From: Candidatus Scalinduaceae bacterium
Lineage (GTDB): Bacteria > Planctomycetota > Brocadiia > Brocadiales > Scalinduaceae
Direction: 5' to 3'
Assembly: GCA_046759445.1 (NCBI GenBank)
Contig: JBHICG010000001.1
Span: 64,001-128,000 of the forward strand
Length of the DNA stretch: 64,000 bases
The translations under genes were made by a program, and so were the position numbers. The notes beneath the pieces are model-generated. The model was not told the DNA's origin. It worked only from the letters and a program-made list of their open reading frames with translations, and ran no database searches. Positions 42,090 through 50,827 of this stretch are shown here, piece after piece; the first letter of the stretch is position 1; every line of letters begins with the position of its first letter.

Positions 42090-43135
42090 TTATGAATATT
42101 CCTGATAAAAGACTTTTTCAATTATTTTGCCTAATAGCCTGTTTAACGATTCCAGCAATTGATTTAGACCGTACATGTTTTGCAAACATACACGAAAAGG
42201 ACGAAATAAAATATGTACTTCCTCGTGACGCTATCCCTGCCATAAAGAATCCTGAATTTGTCCCTGCAAGTGAAGCAAGACTTGATGATGATGAACCTGT
42301 TATAGGCATAACTATTAATGGTGAAAGTCGTGCCTATTCTGTTTATCTCCTGAATCATCACGAAATAGTCAATGATAAAATAGGAGATAAAGATATTGCC
42401 ATCACCTGGTGTCCCCTTGCGAACCTGGCAGTTGTATATAACAGGAAAGTTGACGGCAAAGAATATACGTTTGGAGTATCGGGTAAGCTACTCAAGAACA
42501 CCCTCGTAATGTTTGATTACGAAACTGAATCCCTCTGGCCAATCGTTTATGGCAAGGCTATAGATGGAAAACTATCGGGTAAAAAAACAAATATAGTAGT
42601 TAACAGCCAAAAGATGTCATGGGGTGCATGGAAGGCATTACACCCAGATACATTGCTACTGTCTCTTCATGGTTCAAGAACAGTTGGTTATGATGTTTAT
42701 AAACATTATCATAAGAGTAAAAAAACAGGCATATATCCTGTCGTAAATTCAGATAAAAGTTTAAGTGCGAAGACAAATGTTATCGGAATAGAACTTAATA
42801 GCAAACATAAGGCTTATCCCTTTAGCATATTTGATACTACGAAAATAGTTACTGATAAATTTCAGGGTGAGGACTTGCTTATTTATAGAAACAATGAGAC
42901 CAATAATATCATGGTCTATGATAGACACGTAGACGAATATATAATTGATTTTGAAGAAAATTCATCACAAAATTTTGCTACGGATAAAACAACAAAAACT
43001 ACGTGGGACTTGGAAAATGGGATTGGCATAAAGGGTAACATGAAGGGTATACGGTTACAACGTGTTAGTTTTATGGCCATTTACTGGTTTGTCTGGGCAG
43101 ATTATTATCCTGATACTGAAATATTTAATCAATGA
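42083..43135 (+). CDS. DUF3179 domain protein
   Basis: DAIPAI..PEF, HEIVND, TWCPL, FGVSGKL, FVWADYYP. Confidence 0.9.
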   Translation: MLIMNIPDKRLFQLFCLIACLTIPAIDLDRTCFANIHEKDEIKYVLPRDAIPAIKNPEFVPASEARLDDDEPVIGITINGESRAYSVYLLNHHEIVNDKIGDKDIAITWCPLANLAVVYNRKVDGKEYTFGVSGKLLKNTLVMFDYETESLWPIVYGKAIDGKLSGKKTNIVVNSQKMSWGAWKALHPDTLLLSLHGSRTVGYDVYKHYHKSKKTGIYPVVNSDKSLSAKTNVIGIELNSKHKAYPFSIFDTTKIVTDKFQGEDLLIYRNNETNNIMVYDRHVDEYIIDFEENSSQNFATDKTTKTTWDLENGIGIKGNMKGIRLQRVSFMAIYWFVWADYYPDTEIFNQ

Positions 43136-43181
43136 ATTTCATTTACTGAAAATCAAATGGGAAACCTACTTTTTATCCCCT

Positions 43182-43394
43182 CCTTACGAACTTCTAGTTA
43201 CCCACAACTCTGGGAGGGATAAAGAGCATGGAGTAGCACCCCTTAGTCCCCCCACTGCTTTCTTGCACCGTATCGGCACGATGCGAAAGCAAGAAGTGGG
43301 GGGAAATAATGTATAATTAGTTTCTTACGGAGGGGAGATAATTAATTCGTTCTCTTTCCTTAAATATGATGTGGGTAAGGTTAAGCCTTACGAA
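43182..43394. mobile_element. MITE-like element with 9-bp target duplication and a nested palindrome
   Basis: ccttacgaa at 43182 and 43386; imperfect TIRs cttctagttacccaca / tgtgggtaaggttaag; internal 40-bp palindromic core 43257-43296 repeated at 44551-44590. Confidence 0.6.
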
Positions 43395-43453
43395 CGAGGG
43401 GGAAATGGGGGTGGTTAAATAAAATGGAATCTCAGTTACATTGAACAAATACC

Positions 43454-44950
43454 ATGAATAGGAAATTACTTTCCATAATAATAACAGGACTGGTCATTGA
43501 AATCCTGTGTATTTCGATTGCTTCCCTTGGAGATATCAAGGAAAATATACCTATGTTTTGTTTTCTGTATACAGCCTCTTTTATTGTTTATATCTTTGCT
43601 GTATTTTATATTTTGAAAAACACCGAGATATTTGGAAAAGACAAAAGCAATTCTAAAAAGATTCTTTGGACTATTATAATCTTTTCACTGATATTTCGTT
43701 TGACACTATTACCTATGACTCCATCAGAGGATGTTTATCGTTACTTATGGGAAGGAAAGTTACAATTAAATTGGCTTAATCCATATTCCTACCCGCCGGA
43801 ATCGTCAAGTCTGGAACATCTCAGGGACAACTTTTTTTCCGGCATTAACCACAAACATCTGACCACAATCTACCCTCCACTGACGTTAATGGCGTTTGCC
43901 CTAGCGGATTACGTATCTCATTCCTTCATATCAATGAAGTCTACTTTTTTGTTTTTTGATGTGCTTTCAATATTCATATTAATAAGGTTTTTAAGGGTAG
44001 TGGGAGGGAAACCCGCTAATGTGTTGATATATGCATGGAGCCCGTTAGTCCTTATTAGTTTTGCGGCAAAGGGACATTGCGATTCTTTGCAGATATTTCT
44101 CGTAATTCTTGCCTTATACCTTTTCTCTATTAGAAAGAATTTAAAATCTATCGTTTCGATTGGCCTGGCAGCAATGTCCAAATTTGTATTCATTATTATA
44201 GCCCCTTTCTTAATTCCCAGACGTAAACTCAAATATCTTATAGTTTTGTTTACAGTTATTGCACTTTTGTACTTACCATACATTGGCGCTGGTAAGGGGT
44301 TATTTTCGACACTTTTACATTTTGGGACTCAATATCATTACAATGATTCAGCTCACTTCCTGATTTTTTGCCTATGTCTCGGCTCTCCATTTATGTCTAA
44401 GATAATTACGTCTATAATTTTTTGCGCTGTACTTTTGTATTTGTATATAAATCATATGACCCTTTTATTTACAAAAGATAATGAAAATTCCCCTAATTCC
44501 TGCTTTAGCAGGCATAAAGGGGGGACAAATCCCCCTCTTTCCCCCCCGCAGCTTTCTTGCACCGTATCGGCACTATGCGAAAGCAAGAAGCAGGGGGGAT
44601 TTAGGGAGATTGATGATAATATTTTAAAATTTGCCTTTCTGTCTGTTGGTACCTTTTTAATATTTGCACCAACAGTTCATCCATGGTATCTAACATGGAT
44701 TGTCCCCTTCCTCTGTTTCTATCATAGCTGGGCATGGCTTGTCTTGACAGGAACTGTTGTTTTCTATTATTTTATGAATCATAATTTATTTTCAAGTATG
44801 ATAGAGTATAACAACGAATGGGTATGGCAAGAAGTCCACTGGTTAAAATTACCAGAATATGTCCCTTTTTATTGTCTGTTAATTTATGGATGGCTAAGAT
44901 CAGGTTCAGCCGCTAAGGCACGCCAGAACGATGTATCGGCTGTGTCATAA
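43454..44950 (+). CDS. GT-C fold membrane glycosyltransferase (GT87/DUF2029-like) with an in-frame repeat insertion
   Basis: SEDVYRYLWEG, TIYPP, YAWSPL, GHCD, PTVHPWY; many TM segments. Confidence 0.85.
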   Translation: MNRKLLSIIITGLVIEILCISIASLGDIKENIPMFCFLYTASFIVYIFAVFYILKNTEIFGKDKSNSKKILWTIIIFSLIFRLTLLPMTPSEDVYRYLWEGKLQLNWLNPYSYPPESSSLEHLRDNFFSGINHKHLTTIYPPLTLMAFALADYVSHSFISMKSTFLFFDVLSIFILIRFLRVVGGKPANVLIYAWSPLVLISFAAKGHCDSLQIFLVILALYLFSIRKNLKSIVSIGLAAMSKFVFIIIAPFLIPRRKLKYLIVLFTVIALLYLPYIGAGKGLFSTLLHFGTQYHYNDSAHFLIFCLCLGSPFMSKIITSIIFCAVLLYLYINHMTLLFTKDNENSPNSCFSRHKGGTNPPLSPPQLSCTVSALCESKKQGGFREIDDNILKFAFLSVGTFLIFAPTVHPWYLTWIVPFLCFYHSWAWLVLTGTVVFYYFMNHNLFSSMIEYNNEWVWQEVHWLKLPEYVPFYCLLIYGWLRSGSAAKARQNDVSAVS

Positions 44951-44968
44951 TTATAAAAACGCTCTCAA

Positions 44969-45116
44969 TGTCATTCTGAACCCTTCGCCCGTCATTCTGA
45001 GCCGAAGGCGAAGAATCTAGTTGAGGCTCAGGATAAACTCCGTTAAGAATCTGATATCTTCAGTAGGTTATAAAACCGAGATTCTTCGGCTAACGCCTCA
45101 GAACGATTATATGACA
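44969..45116. repeat. Nested cluster of TGTCATTCTGA-type REP-like palindromes
   Basis: tgtcattctgaacccttc / cgtcattctgagccgaaggcgaagaatct ... agattcttcggctaacgcctcagaacga. Confidence 0.7.
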
Positions 45117-45164
45117 GAGCTTTAAATATTTCTTACATAATGTTTTATGGGAGGTTAACACTAA

Positions 45165-47711
45165 ATGGAAGTAAACGATAAATCACTTTTTTACGTACAT
45201 GATTATGTTCAAATAGAGAGAGACTCTCTTTATCTACTTATAGACCCCGAAACACCAAATTGGATTGTAACTGACAAAAGAGGCAGCCAGATTGTAAGCA
45301 ATATTAAAAAATGTAAAAACGTTAGAAAACTGATATTCGACTATGCAAATGATTTTGATATGGAACAAACCAGGGCATGGTTGGAAATAGATACATTTCT
45401 GAGGGATTTGATAAGGTGTAAATTCTTATCCTCAGAACCCGTAAAGAAAACTGCTTACGTCGGCAGATCAAATTTCATTCACGCAGAAAAACTCAATGAA
45501 CTATGGATTCACACTAATAATCTCTGCAATCTGACATGTCCGCATTGTCTGGTGAATTCATCTCCACACGAGGATAAAGGTCTTCCTACGGACTCAATCA
45601 AGAAGATTATTGACGAAGCTGTAACATTAGGAACAAGCTGTTTCTATTTTACGGGTGGCGAGCCATTTATGAGGAAAGATATTTTTGAACTTATTGAGTA
45701 TGTTTGCAATCGTAAAGGGACAGAACTGATAATACTTACAAATGGAACACTTCTGAGAGGAAACATCATTGAAAGATTACAAAAGTTTAATAAGGAACAA
45801 CTAAGGATTCAGATAAGCCTTGATGGTTCAAAGCCGGAAATAAACGACCCTTTGAGGGGTAAGGGCAGCTTTGACCAAATTATCGAGGGGATTAAGAATA
45901 TTATCAGGATTGGATATTCTCCGACAATAACAACCGTGGTGACAAAACATAATATTAATGATGTGCCTGAAACGACAAAGCTGATTGCACAATTGGGTGT
46001 AAAGACTCATCATCTCCTCTGGGTACACAAACGAGGCAGGGTAACTGATAATGGTAATGATTTTTTTACTTCAATAGATGAGGTAATCGAAACAACGAGA
46101 AAGGTGAAGGATGTAGCAGATAACCTGGGTATGTCAGTAGACAACATTGATTCTTACAAATTCAGGGCAAATAGCAACAGAGGAACACGTTACGATTTGG
46201 GTAATGCCTGTTACGATAGCATGTGCGTATATTCAAATGGTGAAGTCTACCCGTCTGCTTCATTTGCCGGCCATGAAGGGCTGAAATGTGGAAGTATACT
46301 TGAGAATTCCCTTAGAGAAATCTGGGAAAATAGTAATATTAGCAAGGCATTTAGAAACGCAACACTACAGAATAAAGAAAAATGCAACGAATGTCATATA
46401 AAGTTTATATGCGGTGGTGGTGATATTGAACATTCATTCTTCTATTCTGAAAATGGGTTCAAGCTGGAAAATAATAAATTCCCTGCAGACGTTGGCGTAC
46501 ATGCCTTGGACCCTTATTGTGACCTGCACAAGGAGATAGTCAATGACGTAATATTTGAGCTTGCTGAGGCGAGGAAGAAGTTGTTGGAAAGAAAAACAGG
46601 GTTTACTGCTCCCGTTGTATTACGCTCAATGGGCGAAGGCTCTCTCAATTGTGGATTGACGATTTCGGATTTCGGAATAGAAAATCTAAAATCCGAAATC
46701 CGAAATCCGAAATCGGTTCGTACTCTTCATTCAAACTGTGTGCTTTCTTTTGACGTGGATAAGCCAAGAAGTATTGTACGTGAGTTTTATGGTAATGCGG
46801 CAGAAGCTCCTCAAGAGGACTTATGTTGTCCAACCAAGAATTCAACAGAAGATACAAGTCATATTCCACAGGATGTATTGGACAGGTTCTATGGATGCGG
46901 AAGTCCGACTACAATAGCAGAAGTCTCAGAAGGAGAGACGATGGTCGATTTGGGAGCAGGCGCGGGGATTGACTGTTTCATTGCTGCAAAGAAGGTTGGC
47001 CCAAAGGGTAAGATTTACGGGATAGACATGACGGATGAAATGTTAAAGGTTGCCAATGAAAACAAACATCCGGTGGCAAGGAACCTTGGTTACGATATTG
47101 TGGAATTTAGAAAAGGATTTTTAGAAGATATTCCCGTTGATAATAATTCAGTTGATTTGATCACATCAAATTGCGTTATCAATCTATCCCCTGACAAAAA
47201 AAAGGTCTTCGGCGAAATGTGGCGAATACTGAGGGATCACGGGAGGATTGTTATCTCTGATATTGTTTCTGAAGAAGAAACTCCTCCGTTTTTAAAAATC
47301 AATAAACAACTGTGGGGTGAATGCATCAGCGGCGCATTAACCGAAGACGAATTTATGTCCTATCTTGAACAGGCTGGCTTTTATGGACTTCAAACACTAC
47401 AGAAGGTCTTCTGGAAAGAAGTGGAAGGGTATTCATTCTATTCAGTAACATTACGTGGGTATAAGTTTGAAAAGAAGGAGGGTTGTGTATACGTTGGGCA
47501 AAAGGCAATTTATCATGGCCCGTATAAGGCAATAACGGATGAAGAAGGCCACCTGTTCCCCAGGAACGAGCCCGTTGAAGTCTGCACAGATACAGCGGCC
47601 AAACTAAGCAACCCACCTTATGCAGGACAATTTACCATATTCAATCCTGACGATGCAAATACCGCATCATACAATTGCAGTCCCTCGGAAGAAGGCGTTC
47701 CTTGTTGTTGA
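45165..47711 (+). CDS. Fusion: PqqD/RRE-like N-terminus + radical SAM/SPASM + arsenite methyltransferase (ArsM-like)
   Basis: CNLTCPHC, FTGGEP, SLDG; SPASM-type cysteines; LCCP, FYGCGSP, DLGAGAG, SNCVINL, WGECISGA, terminal CC. Confidence 0.9.
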   Translation: MEVNDKSLFYVHDYVQIERDSLYLLIDPETPNWIVTDKRGSQIVSNIKKCKNVRKLIFDYANDFDMEQTRAWLEIDTFLRDLIRCKFLSSEPVKKTAYVGRSNFIHAEKLNELWIHTNNLCNLTCPHCLVNSSPHEDKGLPTDSIKKIIDEAVTLGTSCFYFTGGEPFMRKDIFELIEYVCNRKGTELIILTNGTLLRGNIIERLQKFNKEQLRIQISLDGSKPEINDPLRGKGSFDQIIEGIKNIIRIGYSPTITTVVTKHNINDVPETTKLIAQLGVKTHHLLWVHKRGRVTDNGNDFFTSIDEVIETTRKVKDVADNLGMSVDNIDSYKFRANSNRGTRYDLGNACYDSMCVYSNGEVYPSASFAGHEGLKCGSILENSLREIWENSNISKAFRNATLQNKEKCNECHIKFICGGGDIEHSFFYSENGFKLENNKFPADVGVHALDPYCDLHKEIVNDVIFELAEARKKLLERKTGFTAPVVLRSMGEGSLNCGLTISDFGIENLKSEIRNPKSVRTLHSNCVLSFDVDKPRSIVREFYGNAAEAPQEDLCCPTKNSTEDTSHIPQDVLDRFYGCGSPTTIAEVSEGETMVDLGAGAGIDCFIAAKKVGPKGKIYGIDMTDEMLKVANENKHPVARNLGYDIVEFRKGFLEDIPVDNNSVDLITSNCVINLSPDKKKVFGEMWRILRDHGRIVISDIVSEEETPPFLKINKQLWGECISGALTEDEFMSYLEQAGFYGLQTLQKVFWKEVEGYSFYSVTLRGYKFEKKEGCVYVGQKAIYHGPYKAITDEEGHLFPRNEPVEVCTDTAAKLSNPPYAGQFTIFNPDDANTASYNCSPSEEGVPCC

Positions 47712-47735
47712 TGCTACTCTGGGCATGCCCTAATA

Positions 47736-48371
47736 TCATTTCAGTGTCTGGTTATACGCTTTTATATTTATGAGCATCACCTCAACGGCCATCATGGCAG
47801 TTGACCAAATAATGTCAGTTGACAGATGTGATACACAACTTGAATCGAACAAGAGGGACGACTTTGATGAGAATTCTTCATCACCTGACCACACAATAAG
47901 TACTACAGGCACCCTTGGAAAAGGGGAAAGCTTTAAAGAAATATCTCCATATTCTAACTGAGAACCATCAAGACTTTTACCGATGTTTAAAAATTCCTTA
48001 AAATTATTGCTAAAGTACTCAGCTATTTTATCCAGGGGAATGACATGCGTGCCTTTCAAAAAAATATCTCCTCCAGGTAAATCTGAGGGCCGCACGAGTT
48101 GACCCGATAACGGTAGATCTTTCGCATGAATCAAGTATCTAAGAATTGAAAGCCTTGAATATTCACGAAGTTCTTTGACCAGGAATTTCCCTAAACTAGA
48201 AGTACCGAAGATATCTCGATTCGTCAATGAAATATAGACATCCTGACCAAAGCAGGCTAGTTCATATGTCGAATTATGAGAATTAAAAATTACATTAGCC
48301 CTGGTTTTTACATCCTTTGAGTCAAGCCCTGTAAGTATATCCCATGCCTGTTTTTCACCTGGCCATGCCAT
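47736..48371 (-). CDS. DUF3786 domain protein (gene cassette)
   Basis: ILRYL, LPGG.IF, PFPRVPV..IVWSGDEEF.S..LLFD; preceded by attC core GTTGTAC. Confidence 0.8.
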   Translation of the reverse strand: MAWPGEKQAWDILTGLDSKDVKTRANVIFNSHNSTYELACFGQDVYISLTNRDIFGTSSLGKFLVKELREYSRLSILRYLIHAKDLPLSGQLVRPSDLPGGDIFLKGTHVIPLDKIAEYFSNNFKEFLNIGKSLDGSQLEYGDISLKLSPFPRVPVVLIVWSGDEEFSSKSSLLFDSSCVSHLSTDIIWSTAMMAVEVMLINIKAYNQTLK

Positions 48372-48385
48372 AATTTATTCTTTTT

Positions 48386-48460
48386 GTACAACGCTCCGCA
48401 TAACCGGCTGGTAAAGAAGCACAGCAGATTTACCAGTCTGAGTTGATGCGGTTGTTGGGC
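48386..48460 (-). other. Integron attC site
   Basis: Minus strand GCCCAAC-aaccgcatcaac...ctggtaaa...tttaccag...ggttatgcggagc-GTTGTAC; imperfect palindrome with RYYYAAC/GTTRRRY-like ends. Confidence 0.88.
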
Positions 48461-48474
48461 ATTGTGCATATGCA

Positions 48475-49344
48475 CTATCTATTTAGTTCGTTCTCGATAA
48501 CGTGCGACAATTTATCCCACGTTTCCTCTTGCTCAATTTCTGGCAATGATAGTAATGGTTTGTCAGGAGAATTTAATGCTTGAAATTGTGAAAGGTGCTT
48601 GTCTCTCAAAAACCGACATGGTTTTAAAATAATAGGTAGTACCCTTGTTCCTTCTAGCTCAGCTTTTTTGAGAATCGGAGGTAGTTCATTCTCAACAATG
48701 AAGTCGGATGCAAGAAAATCGGCACTTATTATTAAAACCGCTATTGCTGCCTCTGATAGTGCTTTTTCGATTTGTTCTTTCCACTTTTCTCCCGTCTTTA
48801 TCTTTGTATCATCCCATACATCAACCAATCCATTTTTTTCTAATGGCTTGAGATGAACATGAAGTCTTTCTAGATGTTTTTTGTCTTCACGGCTATAACT
48901 TATAAATACTGATTTTTTATTTTTTGATTTTGCACTGTTCTCTTCTCTGTAATAGTTTAATTTCTCGTTTTTTAAAAATATATTTCCCCCTGTTCCTATA
49001 GAAGACCGCCATGTCCCTTCTATAGCACCATTACCGATAACCTTAGCATTAAGAGTTACGTTTCCATGATTCGAAGTTGGCATGCTAATGGTTAGTGGAC
49101 GGTTATTAACAAAAATTTGTTGTGTGCAATTTTTCTTTAAAAAATCCCAGTCTGGAGTCATATTCAATGTAATATCATCATTCTTAATTTCTCCTGAAAA
49201 TGAATACACTACTGTACCATGAATTGGGTCATGAATTCTGGCAATACCCGAAAGCTTGGTTAATTCCTGCTTTACTTCTGCAAATACATTTGCATTATTA
49301 GTTCCTGTGATTCTTCCTGACCAATTCCCCTCAATACTTCTCAT
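48475..49344 (-). CDS. TIR (TIR_2) domain protein with N-terminal beta-rich domain (gene cassette)
   Basis: VFISYSREDK, WDDTKI..GEKW, ISADFLASDFI..NELP. Confidence 0.9.
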   Translation of the reverse strand: MRSIEGNWSGRITGTNNANVFAEVKQELTKLSGIARIHDPIHGTVVYSFSGEIKNDDITLNMTPDWDFLKKNCTQQIFVNNRPLTISMPTSNHGNVTLNAKVIGNGAIEGTWRSSIGTGGNIFLKNEKLNYYREENSAKSKNKKSVFISYSREDKKHLERLHVHLKPLEKNGLVDVWDDTKIKTGEKWKEQIEKALSEAAIAVLIISADFLASDFIVENELPPILKKAELEGTRVLPIILKPCRFLRDKHLSQFQALNSPDKPLLSLPEIEQEETWDKLSHVIENELNR

Positions 49345-49431
49345 ATAATTATCCTTTAATAGGTGTATCTTTTAAATTTGATGCTTAACGTTCAGCTTAA
49401 CCGGCTGGCTTTGTAGACATTTTTTCTTGGG

Positions 49432-49590
49432 TTTCTTGGGGATGCATCTTGATATTTGACATTGTGAATTTGCGGCTTACTAAAAAAAGATTTTCCTTCC
49501 ATGATTTTTCAAATAATTTCTTTGATGTTTGATTTGTTTATCAATTTGTTGGTTTTAACTTTGTCAAATGTCAAATACGTCCCCTATCTC
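49432..49590. repeat. About 160-bp REPIN/MITE-like element, copy A
   Basis: Near-identical to 51798-51957; terminal IRs ggggatgcatcttgatatttgaca / tgtcaaatgtcaaatacgtcccc. Confidence 0.85.
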
Positions 49591-49706
49591 CCGTCCTATC
49601 TCCGTCTATTATTGTTTTTTACGCAACTATTTTACTGCAATCCTTCGCCAAGAGGATGTTGCCGTGACTTTTCTATTCTGTAGTGCTTTGTTATGTTTTT
49701 TTGTAA

Positions 49707-50825
49707 TCATTTTTCAACTTCTGCCGCCTGTCTCAATGCTAAAAATGCTTCTTTTAAAGGTTGATTGACAGCGGAATTAGGTTCATCAAGCACTAATTTT
49801 TGATATTCCTCGATAAAAGCTGTTCTTTTTCTATGAAAAAAATGCAGAAAGTGTTTTATGAACCCTATGCAGTCAAGTATTGCTATTTCAAACTTAGACA
49901 AATCATAAATAGATTTTGCATATTCACTAACTTCAAAATCAATTTCTTCGGTGGTTATGAAAATATAGTTATCTATGTTTAACTTAGACTCAGCAATTTT
50001 TTTAATTGCAATCTCAATATCAGATTTGGTTATTCGCTTTTCTTTCATTTCATAGCTTGTAACAATATTATCATCATTGATTAAAGTTACTTCAACGTCA
50101 CCATAAGCACCAGTTTGTTTGTCCGCCGCATTGTGTGCTTGTAAATCATTTATTTTTTCTCCAATCAAATCTGAAACACTGTTATATGCTGCGGCAACTA
50201 TTAAAATAGGTAATCTGCTTGAATTTTTACAAGCCAAGTGTTGCTGCAATAAATTAACAATTTGCTCAGATGATAGAGCAATTGATTTGTCTGAGCCTTT
50301 TAAAGTTTCGATTAGCTGTTTAATCCGTTTAGCATTTTCTTCCCGTATTATGACGAGTATTCTAATCGTTTCTTTAAATAGTTTTTCGGCTGATAAGTTA
50401 CCTTTATGGACTTCATCAATCAACTCAAGAGCTGCTTTGTATAGCTCAGGTTGTCGGCCAACAAGCTCTGTTTTGGGTGTCATTGTTGAATTTCTATTTC
50501 TAAAAGCAGGAGTCAAGTATGCAGTTGTTGTATTGCAAGGAAGGTTATGTTTTTCTATTACCTTTTGTATATACTGCTCGTCATAAGTTCTTCCTGAGTA
50601 AGCATCTTTATCCCTTATTTCTGTATATGGCTTTCTGATATCAATCTTGGAGTTGTCTATTTTTGCAGCGCAGCAGGACAATAAAAACCTTATCGGCGCT
50701 TTAATTCTTATATTCCTACAGACAAACTCTATTTTCTTCTCTAAATGCTTGCTACCAACGAAAGTCCTTTTTGCATGTATTGCTCTTTGTACATATTCTT
50801 CCAGAGTATTCAATAAATTACTCAT
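49707..50825 (-). CDS. Putative Type II restriction endonuclease (SacI-like)
   Basis: H.AADKQTGAYGDVEV...YEMK, a PD-(D/E)xK-like motif; 2 nt downstream of the methylase. Confidence 0.75.
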   Translation of the reverse strand: MSNLLNTLEEYVQRAIHAKRTFVGSKHLEKKIEFVCRNIRIKAPIRFLLSCCAAKIDNSKIDIRKPYTEIRDKDAYSGRTYDEQYIQKVIEKHNLPCNTTTAYLTPAFRNRNSTMTPKTELVGRQPELYKAALELIDEVHKGNLSAEKLFKETIRILVIIREENAKRIKQLIETLKGSDKSIALSSEQIVNLLQQHLACKNSSRLPILIVAAAYNSVSDLIGEKINDLQAHNAADKQTGAYGDVEVTLINDDNIVTSYEMKEKRITKSDIEIAIKKIAESKLNIDNYIFITTEEIDFEVSEYAKSIYDLSKFEIAILDCIGFIKHFLHFFHRKRTAFIEEYQKLVLDEPNSAVNQPLKEAFLALRQAAEVEK

Positions 50826-50827
50826 TT

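Noticed and set aside
47709..47735. Possible selenocysteine read-through at the CC-TGA-TGC end of the rSAM-ArsM gene
   Set aside because: A terminal CC is normal for ArsM-type proteins, the downstream hairpin is tiny, and read-through would run into the convergent gene
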